Source: an uncultured bacterium
Lineage (GTDB): Bacteria; Pseudomonadota; Alphaproteobacteria; CAJXXZ01; 1604HC
NCBI GenBank assembly: GCA_913063285.1
Contig: CAJXXZ010000003.1
Span: 2,317 to 66,316, forward strand
DNA length: 64,000 nucleotides
Direction of reading: 5' to 3'
The notes under the pieces are model-generated. The model did no database searches. It was not told where the DNA came from and saw only the letters and a program-made list of their open reading frames with translations. Position numbers and translations under genes: made by a program. The number at the start of each line of letters is the position of its first letter. Position 1 is the stretch's first letter. Positions 39,950 through 50,801 of this stretch are shown one piece after another.

Positions 39950-40880
39950 GTGTTTGCTTCTTTTTTCTTAGCTATTAACCCGACGGTAGCGTTTTGGGTA
40001 AAATTAAATGCTAAGCTTACTTCCTGTCATGCTTTAATTATTAAAGTAGTTCCAGCTAATGATGCTTGCTTTATCTGAGTTTCAGCTTTCTTAACGCCTG
40101 TTTCAAATGACTCACTTTTTCCTTATAGAATTTATTTCTTGTCCATTAGCATAAGCAGTAGCACTAATATCAGAAATAGCTAGTGGTGCATGTAATAATA
40201 ATTCAGTTCAGCTCTAACAGCAGTTGCTTAATGTTCAACTCCAACAGCAGTTGCTTAATGTCCAGCTCCAGCTGTTATTCCATACTTACCTAATTCACCT
40301 CTCAGTAGATCTAAACATGGAATAACATATGAGGTAGCTTTCATAGTCATTACTTCTTGATTTTCTAATACATTCTTCTTCTTTTTACTTTTTAGTATAG
40401 ATTCTGTTTCTTAAGCTATTTCAATCATAATTTTTTATTCTTTATTCATGGTGTATATGTAGTAAAAGCTTCACAGTGTACAGCTGATTCAAATTCTTGC
40501 TTTACTTCTTTTATCAAACTTACTTCTTCTCCTCTATTTTTTATACCTTAATGTGCTGTATATGTAGTCTTCCTAAAAACTCCATTGATAGCTGCTTCTG
40601 GATGAGCTGTACTTGCATTTCAAGCTAATTTACTAGATGCTGACTTAAAAGTGAACTTTTCTAGTGCAGCTACTTCTAGTGCTACTACAGCTACAGCTGT
40701 CTTGCTTATTTCTATTTGTTGATATTATATCAGACTTACCTTGTAACTGTGATGTCGTTGTAGATTGATACTTCTGTGATGTTATTTCAGTTTTGGTAGT
40801 ATTTTGAACATCAGTTTGAGTTCTACGTAGACTGCCTTGACTTTTTGTACTACTTAGGTATGATCCGGCTCCATCTTCAA
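39950..40880 (-). pseudogene. Decayed low-complexity (Ala/Ser/Thr-rich) gene remnant
   Basis: Higher GC than spacer DNA; minus-strand coding-like fragments with many stops; 27-bp tandem repeat at 40207-40260. Confidence 0.45.
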
Positions 40881-41012
40881 AAAATTGTTATGAAGAATGC
40901 AAACAATATTGTTTTTTATCAATTTTCCTATACTTGATATATTTTTTATTTATGATTTATTGACAAAATACTTATTTTTACTACTCTAAAATTATGATTA
41001 AGAAAGCAAAAT

Positions 41013-41861
41013 ATGCATATTTCAGTTATGAGTAATGAAGTTATGTCGATTTTTAAGCCAAAAAAGGGTGAGGTATTTATAGATGCAACATTTGGACGTG
41101 GTGGACATACAAAATTAATGCTAAATGCTCAAGCAAATGTAATGGCAGTTGATCGTGATATAGATGCTGTGCAATATGCATACGACACTATATTCAGTAA
41201 TCAGTTTATAATACGACATTGTTTATTTAGTGAATTATATGATGTATGGAAATCAGTTGCAGCACAAAATAGTCAATATAGTAAAGTTACAGGAGTATTA
41301 TTTGATGTTGGATTATCTTCAAATCAAATTAGTGATGCATCAAGAGGATTTTCCTTTATGAAGGATGGCCCTCTTGATATGCGTATGGGATGTAATGAGA
41401 GATCAGCTTTGCATATAATACAGAATTACTCAAAGTTAGAATTAGCAAATTTAATTTATAGATATGGAGAAGAGGGCAGGTCAAGATTAATTGCAAATTT
41501 AATTGTGAATAATAGATTTAATTTGAAAACTACTAAAAATTTGGCAGATCTATTAGCAAAAAATTTACCCAGTGGAAAAATTCATGCTGCTACAAAAGTA
41601 TTTCAAGCATTGAGAATTGCAGTAAATAATGAATTAGGTGAGCTGGAAAACGGGCTAATAAATGCATGTAGAATTTTACAGCGTGGCGGATTGCTAGTTG
41701 TAATTACATTTCATTCTCTTGAAGATAGAATAGTAAAACAATTTTTTAAAAGACATTCGCTTGCTTATACAAAGAAATTACCGATTTCTCCATCAAAACA
41801 AGAAATTTTACAAAATCGAAGAGCTCGCAGCGCAAAACTTCGTTGGGCAATAGTTACGTAA
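41013..41861 (+). CDS. rsmH: 16S rRNA m4C1402 methyltransferase
   Basis: HISVM, DATFGRGGHT, RGFSFMKDGPLDMRM, FQALRIAVNNEL, TFHSLEDRIVK and RARSAKLR motifs. Confidence 0.98.
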   Translation: MHISVMSNEVMSIFKPKKGEVFIDATFGRGGHTKLMLNAQANVMAVDRDIDAVQYAYDTIFSNQFIIRHCLFSELYDVWKSVAAQNSQYSKVTGVLFDVGLSSNQISDASRGFSFMKDGPLDMRMGCNERSALHIIQNYSKLELANLIYRYGEEGRSRLIANLIVNNRFNLKTTKNLADLLAKNLPSGKIHAATKVFQALRIAVNNELGELENGLINACRILQRGGLLVVITFHSLEDRIVKQFFKRHSLAYTKKLPISPSKQEILQNRRARSAKLRWAIVT

Positions 41862-42763
41862 GGTATGTGAGTTGTAGTAAATTTACATACAAATGATGAA
41901 TTGAATAAAGTTGACATAAATTTTAATAAAGTATTAAAATCATAAAGTTTTGCTTGCAAAATAAGGTGTAATAAATTAAGTAACAGTGTGTTTCAAGTAA
42001 AATTAAATTTTTTTAACATTATTTTTATAAAATGTAAAATTATTAATGATAATACAAGTATCAACAATCAAATTAGTAAGTATTCTTTTGAAGAATTTTT
42101 GATTTACTATATGATTCTAATACATATCAATTATTTAAAATATTATGTTGAATCTTTTCAAGAATTGTTTTTATTTATGATAAAGCTTCAAAATTTTACT
42201 ATATTTCATCAAATTTATTTAGTAGTGATTTTTTTGATTTACAGATAATATATAAGTGATATTTTAAATAAAGATGTTAGTTTCATTACTAAAAAACACA
42301 TAAATATAAATGAAAGCTTCTTGTCAATGAAAAATTCTTATATTGAAATTGACTTTAACTAAAAATTAATTTATCTTTTGCCACAAATTATTATGAGTTT
42401 AATATATATTTATTGGTTATAAGAATTTACTTTCTAATTTATATTATTTTTTGTTTAATTATGCTCATATCAATAATATAAATTATATTTTATTTATATC
42501 GTAAATAACTTTTATAAAATTATCTACAGAAAAAAATAATATACATAGTTAAATCTATAAAACTATACCTTATCATACATATTTGTCATTAATTAATTTA
42601 ATATTGATGATGCATGAAAACTAAAATAGTGTAGGCAAGTTATAATATTATTATATATGTAATTTATTAATAATTGATCAATTTTATTGATAGTATTTTT
42701 TAGCATAAATTAGCAAGAAAAAACTCTAGACAAGTAATATATTATATAGTAGATTGTGTTGAA

Positions 42764-42836
42764 GCTTGGATAGCTCAGTTGGTAGAGCAATAGACTGAAG
42801 ATCTATGTGTCGCTGGTTCGATTCCTGCTCCAAGCA
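42764..42836 (+). tRNA. tRNA-Phe(GAA), CCA not encoded
   Basis: GCTTGGA...ATAGA CTGAAGA TCTAT...GGTTCGATTCC...TCCAAGC-A cloverleaf. Confidence 0.96.
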
Positions 42837-42850
42837 TTTATAGGAGTAAA

Positions 42851-43003
42851 GTGGCTAAAAAAAAGGAAAAAAGTTTAGTTTTGCTTGTAGGCGAAGGATA
42901 CAGATCAGTTCGTAAACCTTCTAAAGGCAAACCTCTAATTTTACGTAAATATAGTCCAAAACTACGAAAGCATGTTGAATGTAAAGAACGTAAATTTAGC
43001 TAA
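42851..43003 (+). CDS. rpmG: 50S ribosomal protein L33
   Basis: AGGAG RBS and GTG start; MAKKKEKSLVLLVGEGYRSVRKPSKGKPLILRKYSPKLRKHVECKERKFS carries the L33 C-terminal L.L.KY.P..RKHV..KE motif. Too short for the ORF track. Confidence 0.88.
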   Translation: MAKKKEKSLVLLVGEGYRSVRKPSKGKPLILRKYSPKLRKHVECKERKFS

Positions 43004-43139
43004 TAAATTTGAATAATAAGTTTTATTAAATTATAAGAGTTTCATACTAATTCAAAAACTAATATATATTATATTGCATCTTGAAATAAATTTCATCTAA
43101 AAACAAATTTAAACTATTAAAAATAATTCATTTTATGCA

Positions 43140-43560
43140 AAAGATATATCAGAAAGAGCTGAGGAACGCCATATAATTTTGAAGTTTACTCAATGCTAAA
43201 AGCTAAATTTTATGTTTAATAAAGCAAGGCTCAATACTAATAATACAAAGCAATTTTGAGACTTTATTTAAATTAAATACATCGTATAAATTAGTAGCTT
43301 ACTCTTTGCACAAAATTATATAAAACATATATCAGAATTAACTATTGCATATGATATTATTTTACAAGTTAATCAATACCAAAAGTTAAGTTTAGTATTT
43401 TTACAAAGCAAAGAGCACTATCAATAGTACAAAAGCAATTTTCAGATTTTAAATTAAATGTACCACATAAATTAGTAGCTTATTTCTTGAAAAAATTCAC
43501 CAAAGAATGTAAAAATGTAGTTATTTCTCAAAAAATACATAATAAATGACTATTACAAAA
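43140..43560 (+). pseudogene. Two tandem decayed copies of the 3' part of hda
   Basis: CCAAAAGTTAAGTTTA, CAATAGTACAAAAGCAATTT and TAAATTAGTAGCTTA match the hda sense strand (reverse complement of ~1500-1740) colinearly, twice. Confidence 0.75.
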
Positions 43561-43861
43561 TTCCAGTAAATTTTAGATATTTGAGTATGATTATTAGCTT
43601 AATTTGTAAAATTTGTAAAAAGTGAAATAAGTAAAAATCTTAAATAATACTTATAACATTTCCTTTTCATTCTGTTTAAAAAATTTCATTTAATTCTTAA
43701 AGCTTTGAATTTTTAATTTTGTGAGCTTTATTATGAATAAATATTGATATGATAGTTTTCACATGTATTAAAACTGTAAATCATATGGAGTATTAGTGAA
43801 ATTTTAAATATTTCAGTATGAGAAATATTGTAAACTGCAATAAGTAGTGCAATAATAAAGT

Positions 43862-45052
43862 GTGTGGCCATTTTTCATAGTAACTTCGGGCATGGTTTTG
43901 GCAAAAATATGGTCTGAAAGTGTATATGTAGCAGCTGCTTATATAGCATCAACAAAATTCATCTCAATGCATTTAGCAAATCAAGTTGTTGGTTTTCATG
44001 TAGTCGGATTTGTAGTTGGAGGAATTTTGGGAGGAATGTTAGTAGACTTTTTTGGTGCAAAGCGTATTTTTATATCAAGCTCTATTACTATAGCCTTTAC
44101 TTTAATCAGCTTAATAATTACCTCATCATTATATCTTTTAAAGATACTGTTCTTTATTCGCGCATTTTGTATTGCACTGACATACAATAGTTCTTATGGA
44201 TTATTACTAAATTTTTATCATAATAATAATTTTGGTGCTGTCATGTCTAGATTTTATTCAGTTTTATTTTTTGTCTCATCATTTACTCCAGTCGTCATTG
44301 CCAGAATTATTGAGCATCATTCTGAAATGATGGCATATTTGTTTATAATTGCCAGTATATTATTAGTATATGTATCAATAGCATTATATCATATTCACGA
44401 TTCTCATGTACAAGCTATTGACTCCTTTAATCTTTATGGAACAAAATTTCGACTTTTATTATCAAATCAAGAATTTATGACAATGTGTATTGTATCTATG
44501 ATTGGAATGGGTGGTTTTTACGGATTTATGCCAATTTTCTCTATGTATATAGAAAAATATTCAGGATCTGTATCTTTAGGCGTAATTCAATCGATTGGTA
44601 ATGTTTGTACGGTTAGTGCTTCGATAATATTTGCATCTCTTAAAATTACACAAATCAATATGTTAAGAAAAAGCATACTAATTGGAATGATTATGATTAT
44701 TTGCGCTTCAACTTACATCTCTATAATGGTTACTTCTTTAGTTCCTTATGCAATTCCCGGATTTTTAGTATTTTGTATAGCAAAAGGATTTACTCATCCT
44801 GCTTGTAAAACAATAGCGCTTTCTCAAGCTAGACAAATTAGTAAAGATAATAATATTGCTTTATCAGGTATGGCACAATCTTTAGTCACAACCTTTAACA
44901 GTTTATTAGAAATGGTAGCAAGTATATTATTATTTTATGATTTATTTGATTTATTTACTAGTGCCATAATTTTTACATTAACAATAATACTTCTTGCTAT
45001 ATATATTATGTTAAATCTATTTGAAATTATAAATCAAAGTGAAGCTATATGA
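43862..45052 (+). CDS. MFS transporter (Bcr/CflA-like)
   Basis: About 12 hydrophobic segments; motif A GMLVDFFGAKRI. Confidence 0.85.
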   Translation: MWPFFIVTSGMVLAKIWSESVYVAAAYIASTKFISMHLANQVVGFHVVGFVVGGILGGMLVDFFGAKRIFISSSITIAFTLISLIITSSLYLLKILFFIRAFCIALTYNSSYGLLLNFYHNNNFGAVMSRFYSVLFFVSSFTPVVIARIIEHHSEMMAYLFIIASILLVYVSIALYHIHDSHVQAIDSFNLYGTKFRLLLSNQEFMTMCIVSMIGMGGFYGFMPIFSMYIEKYSGSVSLGVIQSIGNVCTVSASIIFASLKITQINMLRKSILIGMIMIICASTYISIMVTSLVPYAIPGFLVFCIAKGFTHPACKTIALSQARQISKDNNIALSGMAQSLVTTFNSLLEMVASILLFYDLFDLFTSAIIFTLTIILLAIYIMLNLFEIINQSEAI

Positions 45053-45163
45053 TAAAACTCATAATATACATAAGTTTAGTTTGTAGTTGGACTTTATTTT
45101 ATAAAACTTTTACTATTTTTCTAAAATCCTTGCTTTTTAACATTCATATGATAATAGGAAGTT

Positions 45164-47062
45164 GTGATAAAATTCATAACATCATTTATTTTCTCAGTAG
45201 CAGTTTGTGTTTATGATCTTGGTGATCTTGATCAGAAACAACAGTTATCGGGAATAGTGAGCTCTATTAATGTATTTTCTGGTGAAGTTGCCTACCAAGA
45301 AGGTAGTGAAGTTTTATTTAAAATACCTGAATCAGAATTATTATATCATCACAAACATCTTTTGCAGAAACTTGATAAAGATGAAGGAAAAGTTGATAAA
45401 GTGGATGTTTTAATAGATATTTCTGATTCTGCAATGAAAGAAGTATTTTTTAAGAGTGATAATGTATGGCTAGTTGATTATGGAAAATTAACAGATGAAA
45501 AAGTCGATATGCTTTGGCGGCAAGGTAGAATTACAATTTATACTGAACAAAAAGAAGTTGCAGCATTATCAATAAAGAATATTCTTAAAAACGAATTGTA
45601 TTTGTATTTGCTACAAAAAGAGCTTGAGGATAGTGAATTTTCCGTCAATGCTGAAGATCTTTTAAAAAGAAGGTGTGACTTACTTAGAGAAAAATATAAT
45701 TTGAAAGATAACGCTTTACAACTATCAGATGATGACATGACTAAATTAATTATGTTTCATGAATATCAAATAAAAGCAAGTAAAATTGAAGATTTAAAGA
45801 AAGAGTTGATACATTACTATGCTTCTAGTACTTCTAGTACTTTGCAAGCAAGTATAATTAATGCTTTTGATATATTATATCATATGAATTATGAAAAATT
45901 TTATACTTTTGATATGAAGGCATTTATGGCAGAGATAAATAAATTAAAAGCTGAGAATTTTAACGATATTTTTAATATTCTATTACAGCATATTTGCCCT
46001 GATCATGATGATCAAGAAATACTCAAACAATTACGAAATGAAGCAGATGAGGATCATGCTAAAATACATCCTGAAACAAATATGCAGATGTTTGCTAGAG
46101 AAACACACAATCAGGATAATTATGTCGATGCATATATACTACTGAATGGTAATAATGATAAATTTAAGAATGAGTTGGCTGAAGAATTATTGCAAAAATT
46201 ATCGAATATCTTTAAAGATCAAAAGATACAAGACTTAAAAGAAGATATGATAGATCATATATTAGATAACAAAGTTAAGATACGAAATACAGATAAAGCT
46301 AATGCAGTTGAAAAGCAATATTCCACTAAGATTGATGCATTTATAAAATATCTTCAAGAGAATAAAGATGTAGAAGGTGAAAAAGGTGTGCAAATTCTTT
46401 CTACAGATAATATAAAATCTTATATAGATAGTTCTACATCAATAAGGAGTATTTTAACTGCAATTCTTAAAGGTGTCCCAGTACAACCAGATTATGATCT
46501 TTTTCACCAAGATATTGTTGAACTTTCTAATATAATATTAGATAAAATTTATCCTGAAATACAAAAAGATTTAAATCAAGCCTATAAAGAAAAATTTGTA
46601 GAAGGATTTTCTTCAGAGTTAAAAGCTACAGAGATTATAGAGCAAGAGCTTGCAAAAATTGATGGCTATTTGAACAGTACTGAAAAGTTGCAAAATAAAA
46701 TTGACTTCTTGAAACAATTTGATGATAAGGAAGATATGGTAGAACATCTAAAAAGTTCATCTGGAGTAATAATGAGTGATTTGCTAGAATTTCAGAAATT
46801 TATAGATGATGATTGGTTAAGTGCATATAATCAAGGTGTGAGGTTATGGCAAGATTTTAAGAATAATATTGATACTGAAAATGAATTAAGTTACTTGAGA
46901 AAAGCTATAGATTTTGAAAAAATGCTTATACTAAGTATATATCTTAAGATGAAGAAAGCTGGTGAATATAGCGGACAAACTTCCGATTATGATATTAGAA
47001 AAGCCTTATTCATGACTCCTTCTGGTTCTATTGTTCATACATTATATTATATACTAGAATAA
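45164..47062 (+). CDS. Hypothetical helical protein with signal-like N-terminus
   Basis: 632-aa open frame; hydrophobic N-terminus; D/E/K/L-rich helical body. Confidence 0.75.
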   Translation: MIKFITSFIFSVAVCVYDLGDLDQKQQLSGIVSSINVFSGEVAYQEGSEVLFKIPESELLYHHKHLLQKLDKDEGKVDKVDVLIDISDSAMKEVFFKSDNVWLVDYGKLTDEKVDMLWRQGRITIYTEQKEVAALSIKNILKNELYLYLLQKELEDSEFSVNAEDLLKRRCDLLREKYNLKDNALQLSDDDMTKLIMFHEYQIKASKIEDLKKELIHYYASSTSSTLQASIINAFDILYHMNYEKFYTFDMKAFMAEINKLKAENFNDIFNILLQHICPDHDDQEILKQLRNEADEDHAKIHPETNMQMFARETHNQDNYVDAYILLNGNNDKFKNELAEELLQKLSNIFKDQKIQDLKEDMIDHILDNKVKIRNTDKANAVEKQYSTKIDAFIKYLQENKDVEGEKGVQILSTDNIKSYIDSSTSIRSILTAILKGVPVQPDYDLFHQDIVELSNIILDKIYPEIQKDLNQAYKEKFVEGFSSELKATEIIEQELAKIDGYLNSTEKLQNKIDFLKQFDDKEDMVEHLKSSSGVIMSDLLEFQKFIDDDWLSAYNQGVRLWQDFKNNIDTENELSYLRKAIDFEKMLILSIYLKMKKAGEYSGQTSDYDIRKALFMTPSGSIVHTLYYILE

Positions 47063-47346
47063 AACTTAAAGTTAAACTTAAATTTAGTATTACTTTAAAT
47101 AATTTTTTTTAATTCAGCATCAAATTTATATATTTTTCACAGAAATTTCACATCATTTTTTTATAAATGAGTATTTTACCAATATTTAATCATACATATA
47201 TACTTTTTTAAATAAATATGAGATAAATTATAAACGGAGGATTTAACTATTTCACTTTTATTTGATGAGTAGTTAATGTTGTTCTGAGTATTCTGCATAT
47301 AAAATACACATAATGCCCCGTATATTTAAGAAAGGGATATATCATT

Positions 47347-47946
47347 ATGAATGAAATTGATTACAATAGTGTGAGCAAAGTAGTTGTTAACGAAAAAAAG
47401 CAAAGAGATATGAGTAGTGGTCAAGAAAATAAAGAGCATAATTTAACTAGATCAAAATCAAAGTTTGGCGATAAATTTAATAGAAAATTTTCAGGTCGAG
47501 GAAAATTTGAAGGCAGATCAAGTAGTAGATTTGAAGGTGAAGGAAGATTTGAAAAAGCATCAGGTAACAGATTTAAAAGTGAAGCAGGTAAAAGATTTGG
47601 AGGAAACAAATTTAAAAGTCAAGAAAATAGTACAGGTAGAAGATTTAGAGGTGAAGGAGCATCATCAGGTAATGAATTTGCAAGAAGATCAGGTAGTAGA
47701 TTTGAAGGTGAAGGAAGATTTGAAAAAGCATCAGGTAACAGATTTAAAAGTGAAAATATAAATAGAAATTTTGAGAGTCAAAAAAATAATATTAATGATA
47801 ATCAGCAGGATAGCGAAAAATCAATGAATAATAGAAGTGGATTTAGAGGTGAGGTGTTTTTCATAAATAATGATTTCACGAAAAAAGTTCAAGAACCTTG
47901 TAAAGTTGAGGAATTGAGTGATAATATGGACTGGTATAAAGAGTAA
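47347..47946 (+). CDS. Low-complexity R/F/G/S/E-repeat protein
   Basis: RFEGEGRFEKASGNRFKSE occurs twice (69-bp repeat at 47515 and 47686); many RF[KE][GS] units. Confidence 0.7.
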   Translation: MNEIDYNSVSKVVVNEKKQRDMSSGQENKEHNLTRSKSKFGDKFNRKFSGRGKFEGRSSSRFEGEGRFEKASGNRFKSEAGKRFGGNKFKSQENSTGRRFRGEGASSGNEFARRSGSRFEGEGRFEKASGNRFKSENINRNFESQKNNINDNQQDSEKSMNNRSGFRGEVFFINNDFTKKVQEPCKVEELSDNMDWYKE

Positions 47947-48010
47947 TCAAAAATCGCCAAATTTGAGTTGTTTACATCTTGTTGATAAAGTATTGAATTC
48001 AGTTCAATCA

Positions 48011-48108
48011 AAATAAACAGAAATCGCAATTCATGAAAGTAGTGCTTTTGAAAAAATGTACACTGCTGGTAAATTAGCTTTTAAAAACTTAAACTTATTT
48101 ATCAAAAT
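48011..48108 (+). pseudogene. Decayed 5' fragment of map
   Basis: AATCGCAATTCATGAAAGTAGTGCTTTTGAAAAAATGTA...GCTGGTAAATTAGC is nearly identical to ~50831-50929. Confidence 0.85.
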
Positions 48109-48157
48109 AATCACACTTTATGTTAATTGAATTTTAAATCAAAAGAAATAAAGTGAA

Positions 48158-49231
48158 GTGATGAAGCACTTATCCTTAATTTTTCTTATAAATACATTAG
48201 CAATGACTGGCTTAGAAAATACAACCCATAGTCCAACTATGTCAAAAACTCCAGTCGATTCTCAAGCTATGTCAAAAACGTTGGCTAAAATAACAAAAGA
48301 AGTTTATAAACAATATTCTCGAGAAATATTCGGAGGGATTAAAAGTACTTCCGGCATGAAATCCTTATCTTATAAACTTAAATCAATAAAAGCATCAGTC
48401 AGTGAATTTTTAAATCCTACTTCATTACAAGAGCTACGTCTTGATCATATAAAGGAAATATTAGATCAAAATGTATATTTAATAAACATAGATTTAGATA
48501 AGATAGCTAATCATCAATATCGTAATATTATACAAATTATACGAGGAGTAGAACTTTCCTCTATTGATGATTTTAAAACAGGTTATAATCAGTATGATAC
48601 ACAAAAAATGCTAAAGCATATTCATGATATGATGGAAACATTAAAGAATAATTCTAATATAAATACAGAAGTACGGCGTGCAATACGACTAAATATGGTA
48701 AGAATATGTACTTTTTGTTATAAAGAATTAAATGAAGATCAAAAATCATTTTTGAAATCAGAAACAGAAGCTTTAACCAATGAAGAGGTAATTAAGCTTT
48801 TTCGTAACGATCGCAATAATCCTCGTGTCATACGTTCTAGATCATCTGATTTTTCCATCATAGAGTATATGACAATTAAGCAAATTGAAGCATTAATGAA
48901 AGTAGTTGATAGTAATACTTCTGATTTTAGACAGTCAATTAGAGTTAATCTTTCTGTATATACAAAAGAGGCTTCAAAGCTTGATCAAAAAAAATTGAAA
49001 ACAATATTTAAATCTTTACTATTAGATAAGCAAAAACTTCAAAAAGAGCTAACACAAATTCAAAATCAAATATCTAAAGCTGAAGGTAAAGGTATACCAA
49101 AAGATCTACTACTTACTCAGGAGAGATTAGGAGACAAGATTTCAGATTATAACCTTATGACACTTCAGCTTGATAACAATAATATTGTAAAAGACATAAC
49201 TGAGAAGATTGAAGCAGAGATAAATAAGTAA
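48158..49231 (+). CDS. Secreted hypothetical helical protein
   Basis: Signal-like MMKHLSLIFLINTLA; helical body; followed by a stop-riddled coding-like tail to ~49670. Confidence 0.75.
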   Translation: MMKHLSLIFLINTLAMTGLENTTHSPTMSKTPVDSQAMSKTLAKITKEVYKQYSREIFGGIKSTSGMKSLSYKLKSIKASVSEFLNPTSLQELRLDHIKEILDQNVYLINIDLDKIANHQYRNIIQIIRGVELSSIDDFKTGYNQYDTQKMLKHIHDMMETLKNNSNINTEVRRAIRLNMVRICTFCYKELNEDQKSFLKSETEALTNEEVIKLFRNDRNNPRVIRSRSSDFSIIEYMTIKQIEALMKVVDSNTSDFRQSIRVNLSVYTKEASKLDQKKLKTIFKSLLLDKQKLQKELTQIQNQISKAEGKGIPKDLLLTQERLGDKISDYNLMTLQLDNNNIVKDITEKIEAEINK

Positions 49232-49701
49232 TAGATCATTTTTAATGATTCAATACACTTATATTCAAGCTTTTACATTACTTCTCGTAAATTTCAATTA
49301 TAGAATATATGATGATTAATCAACCTGAAGCTTTGGTGTTAGCAATGTAGCATAATATTGATGATTTTAAAAATTTTATTAAATTTAATGTTAATCACTA
49401 TAGAAGATATTTAGATTCTAATCAAGAAAAATTCAACATAATATTACATCATTTAGAATTACATAGAAGAGAATTTGAGAAAAAGCTAGAAGAATAGGTG
49501 AAAGAAATTCTCAGATTTTTATTAAGAATCGATAATGATTAAAATATAGCAGATTATTTAAACGATTATCAGATTAAATTAATGCAAATATCAAATCTTT
49601 TAAACACATGCTTTAAATTCTTAATAATTAAAAAAGATATCGATTTTTTGAATACATTTTTTTGTTGTTAAGTTGATTTTGATACATACTTACAATTTAT
49701 T

Positions 49702-50778
49702 ATTATTCTAAATATATTTTTGAATATTAGGTACCTCAACACTTAAAATTGATAGTCTATTTGAAAATTTATCAGAGATAATAGCAGAATTTCGGCATGT
49801 ATAGGATTTTGCGGATATAAGCACTCGATCTGTATATCTATAAATGAGGTTGTGTGTCATGGGGTACCGTCAAAGAATGTAATACTAAAAAGATTCTGAT
49901 ATTGTAAACTTAGATGTTGTAGTTACGGTAGATGGATGGTATGGAGATACTAGTAGAATTTTTTATGTAGATAATGTTTTCAAAGAAAAAGAAAACTTAG
50001 TTTATGTTGCATTTAATTTTATTAAATTTTTTGGTAGGATATATTGTTCATTTTAAAAAAATAAACAGAAATCGCAATTCCTAAAAGACTACTTGTGCAA
50101 AAATATACATTACTGGTAAATCAGCATTCAAAACTTCAACTTGTTTATCAAAATTATTTGTATCAAGTATTTCAACACTTAAAATAATGGATTTAGAGGA
50201 GAGGTGTTTTTCATAAATAATGATTTCACGAAAAAAGTTAAAGAACCTTGTAAAGTTGAGGAATTGAGTGATAATATGAATTGGTATAAAAGTAATCAAA
50301 AATTTCCAAATTTGAGTCGTTTAAAGCTTGTTGATAAAGTATTGAATTCAGTTTAATCGAAATAAACACAAATCATAATTCCTAAAAGAGTACTTTTGAA
50401 AAAAATATACATTGCTGGTAAATTAGCTTTTGAAAACTTAAACTTGTTTATCAAAATTATTTGTATTAAGTACCTAAACACTTAAAATTGATAGTTTATT
50501 TGAAAAATTTATCGTAAATAATAGCAAAAATTTCACATATATATGAATTTTGTGAATATAAGCAGCTCGCATATATATAAAGTAGTTTATATGTCAGAAA
50601 TAGCATCAAAGGACATAATATCAAAAAATTATTAAATTTGAATTTTGTAAAGTTTTTTGATAAATTATATAGTGCTCTTTAAGCGAAATAAACAGAAATC
50701 GCAATTCATGAAAGTACTGCTTTTGAAAAAATGTACATTGCTGGTAAATCAGCATTCAAAACTTCAACTTATTTATCT
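49702..50778 (+). repeat. Mosaic of four decayed partial map copies plus a copy of the 47838-48010 segment
   Basis: 49702-50017 matches map ~50915-51227; 50018-50185, ~50360-50630 and 50634-50778 match the map 5' region; 50188-50360 matches 47838-48010. Confidence 0.85.
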
Positions 50779-50801
50779 AAATTTGAATTTTATAAAATTT
50801 T

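Noticed and set aside
14900..40900. Prophage, IS or integrative element as the origin of the island
   Set aside because: No integrase, transposase or phage gene, terminal inverted repeat or flanking att-like repeat was recognised.
41862..42250. Possible ftsL or decayed rsmH copy after rsmH (incl. ORF 41988-42248)
   Set aside because: No TM-plus-coiled-coil FtsL pattern; similarity to rsmH is limited to short matches such as AATCAAATTAGT and needs a statistical alignment.
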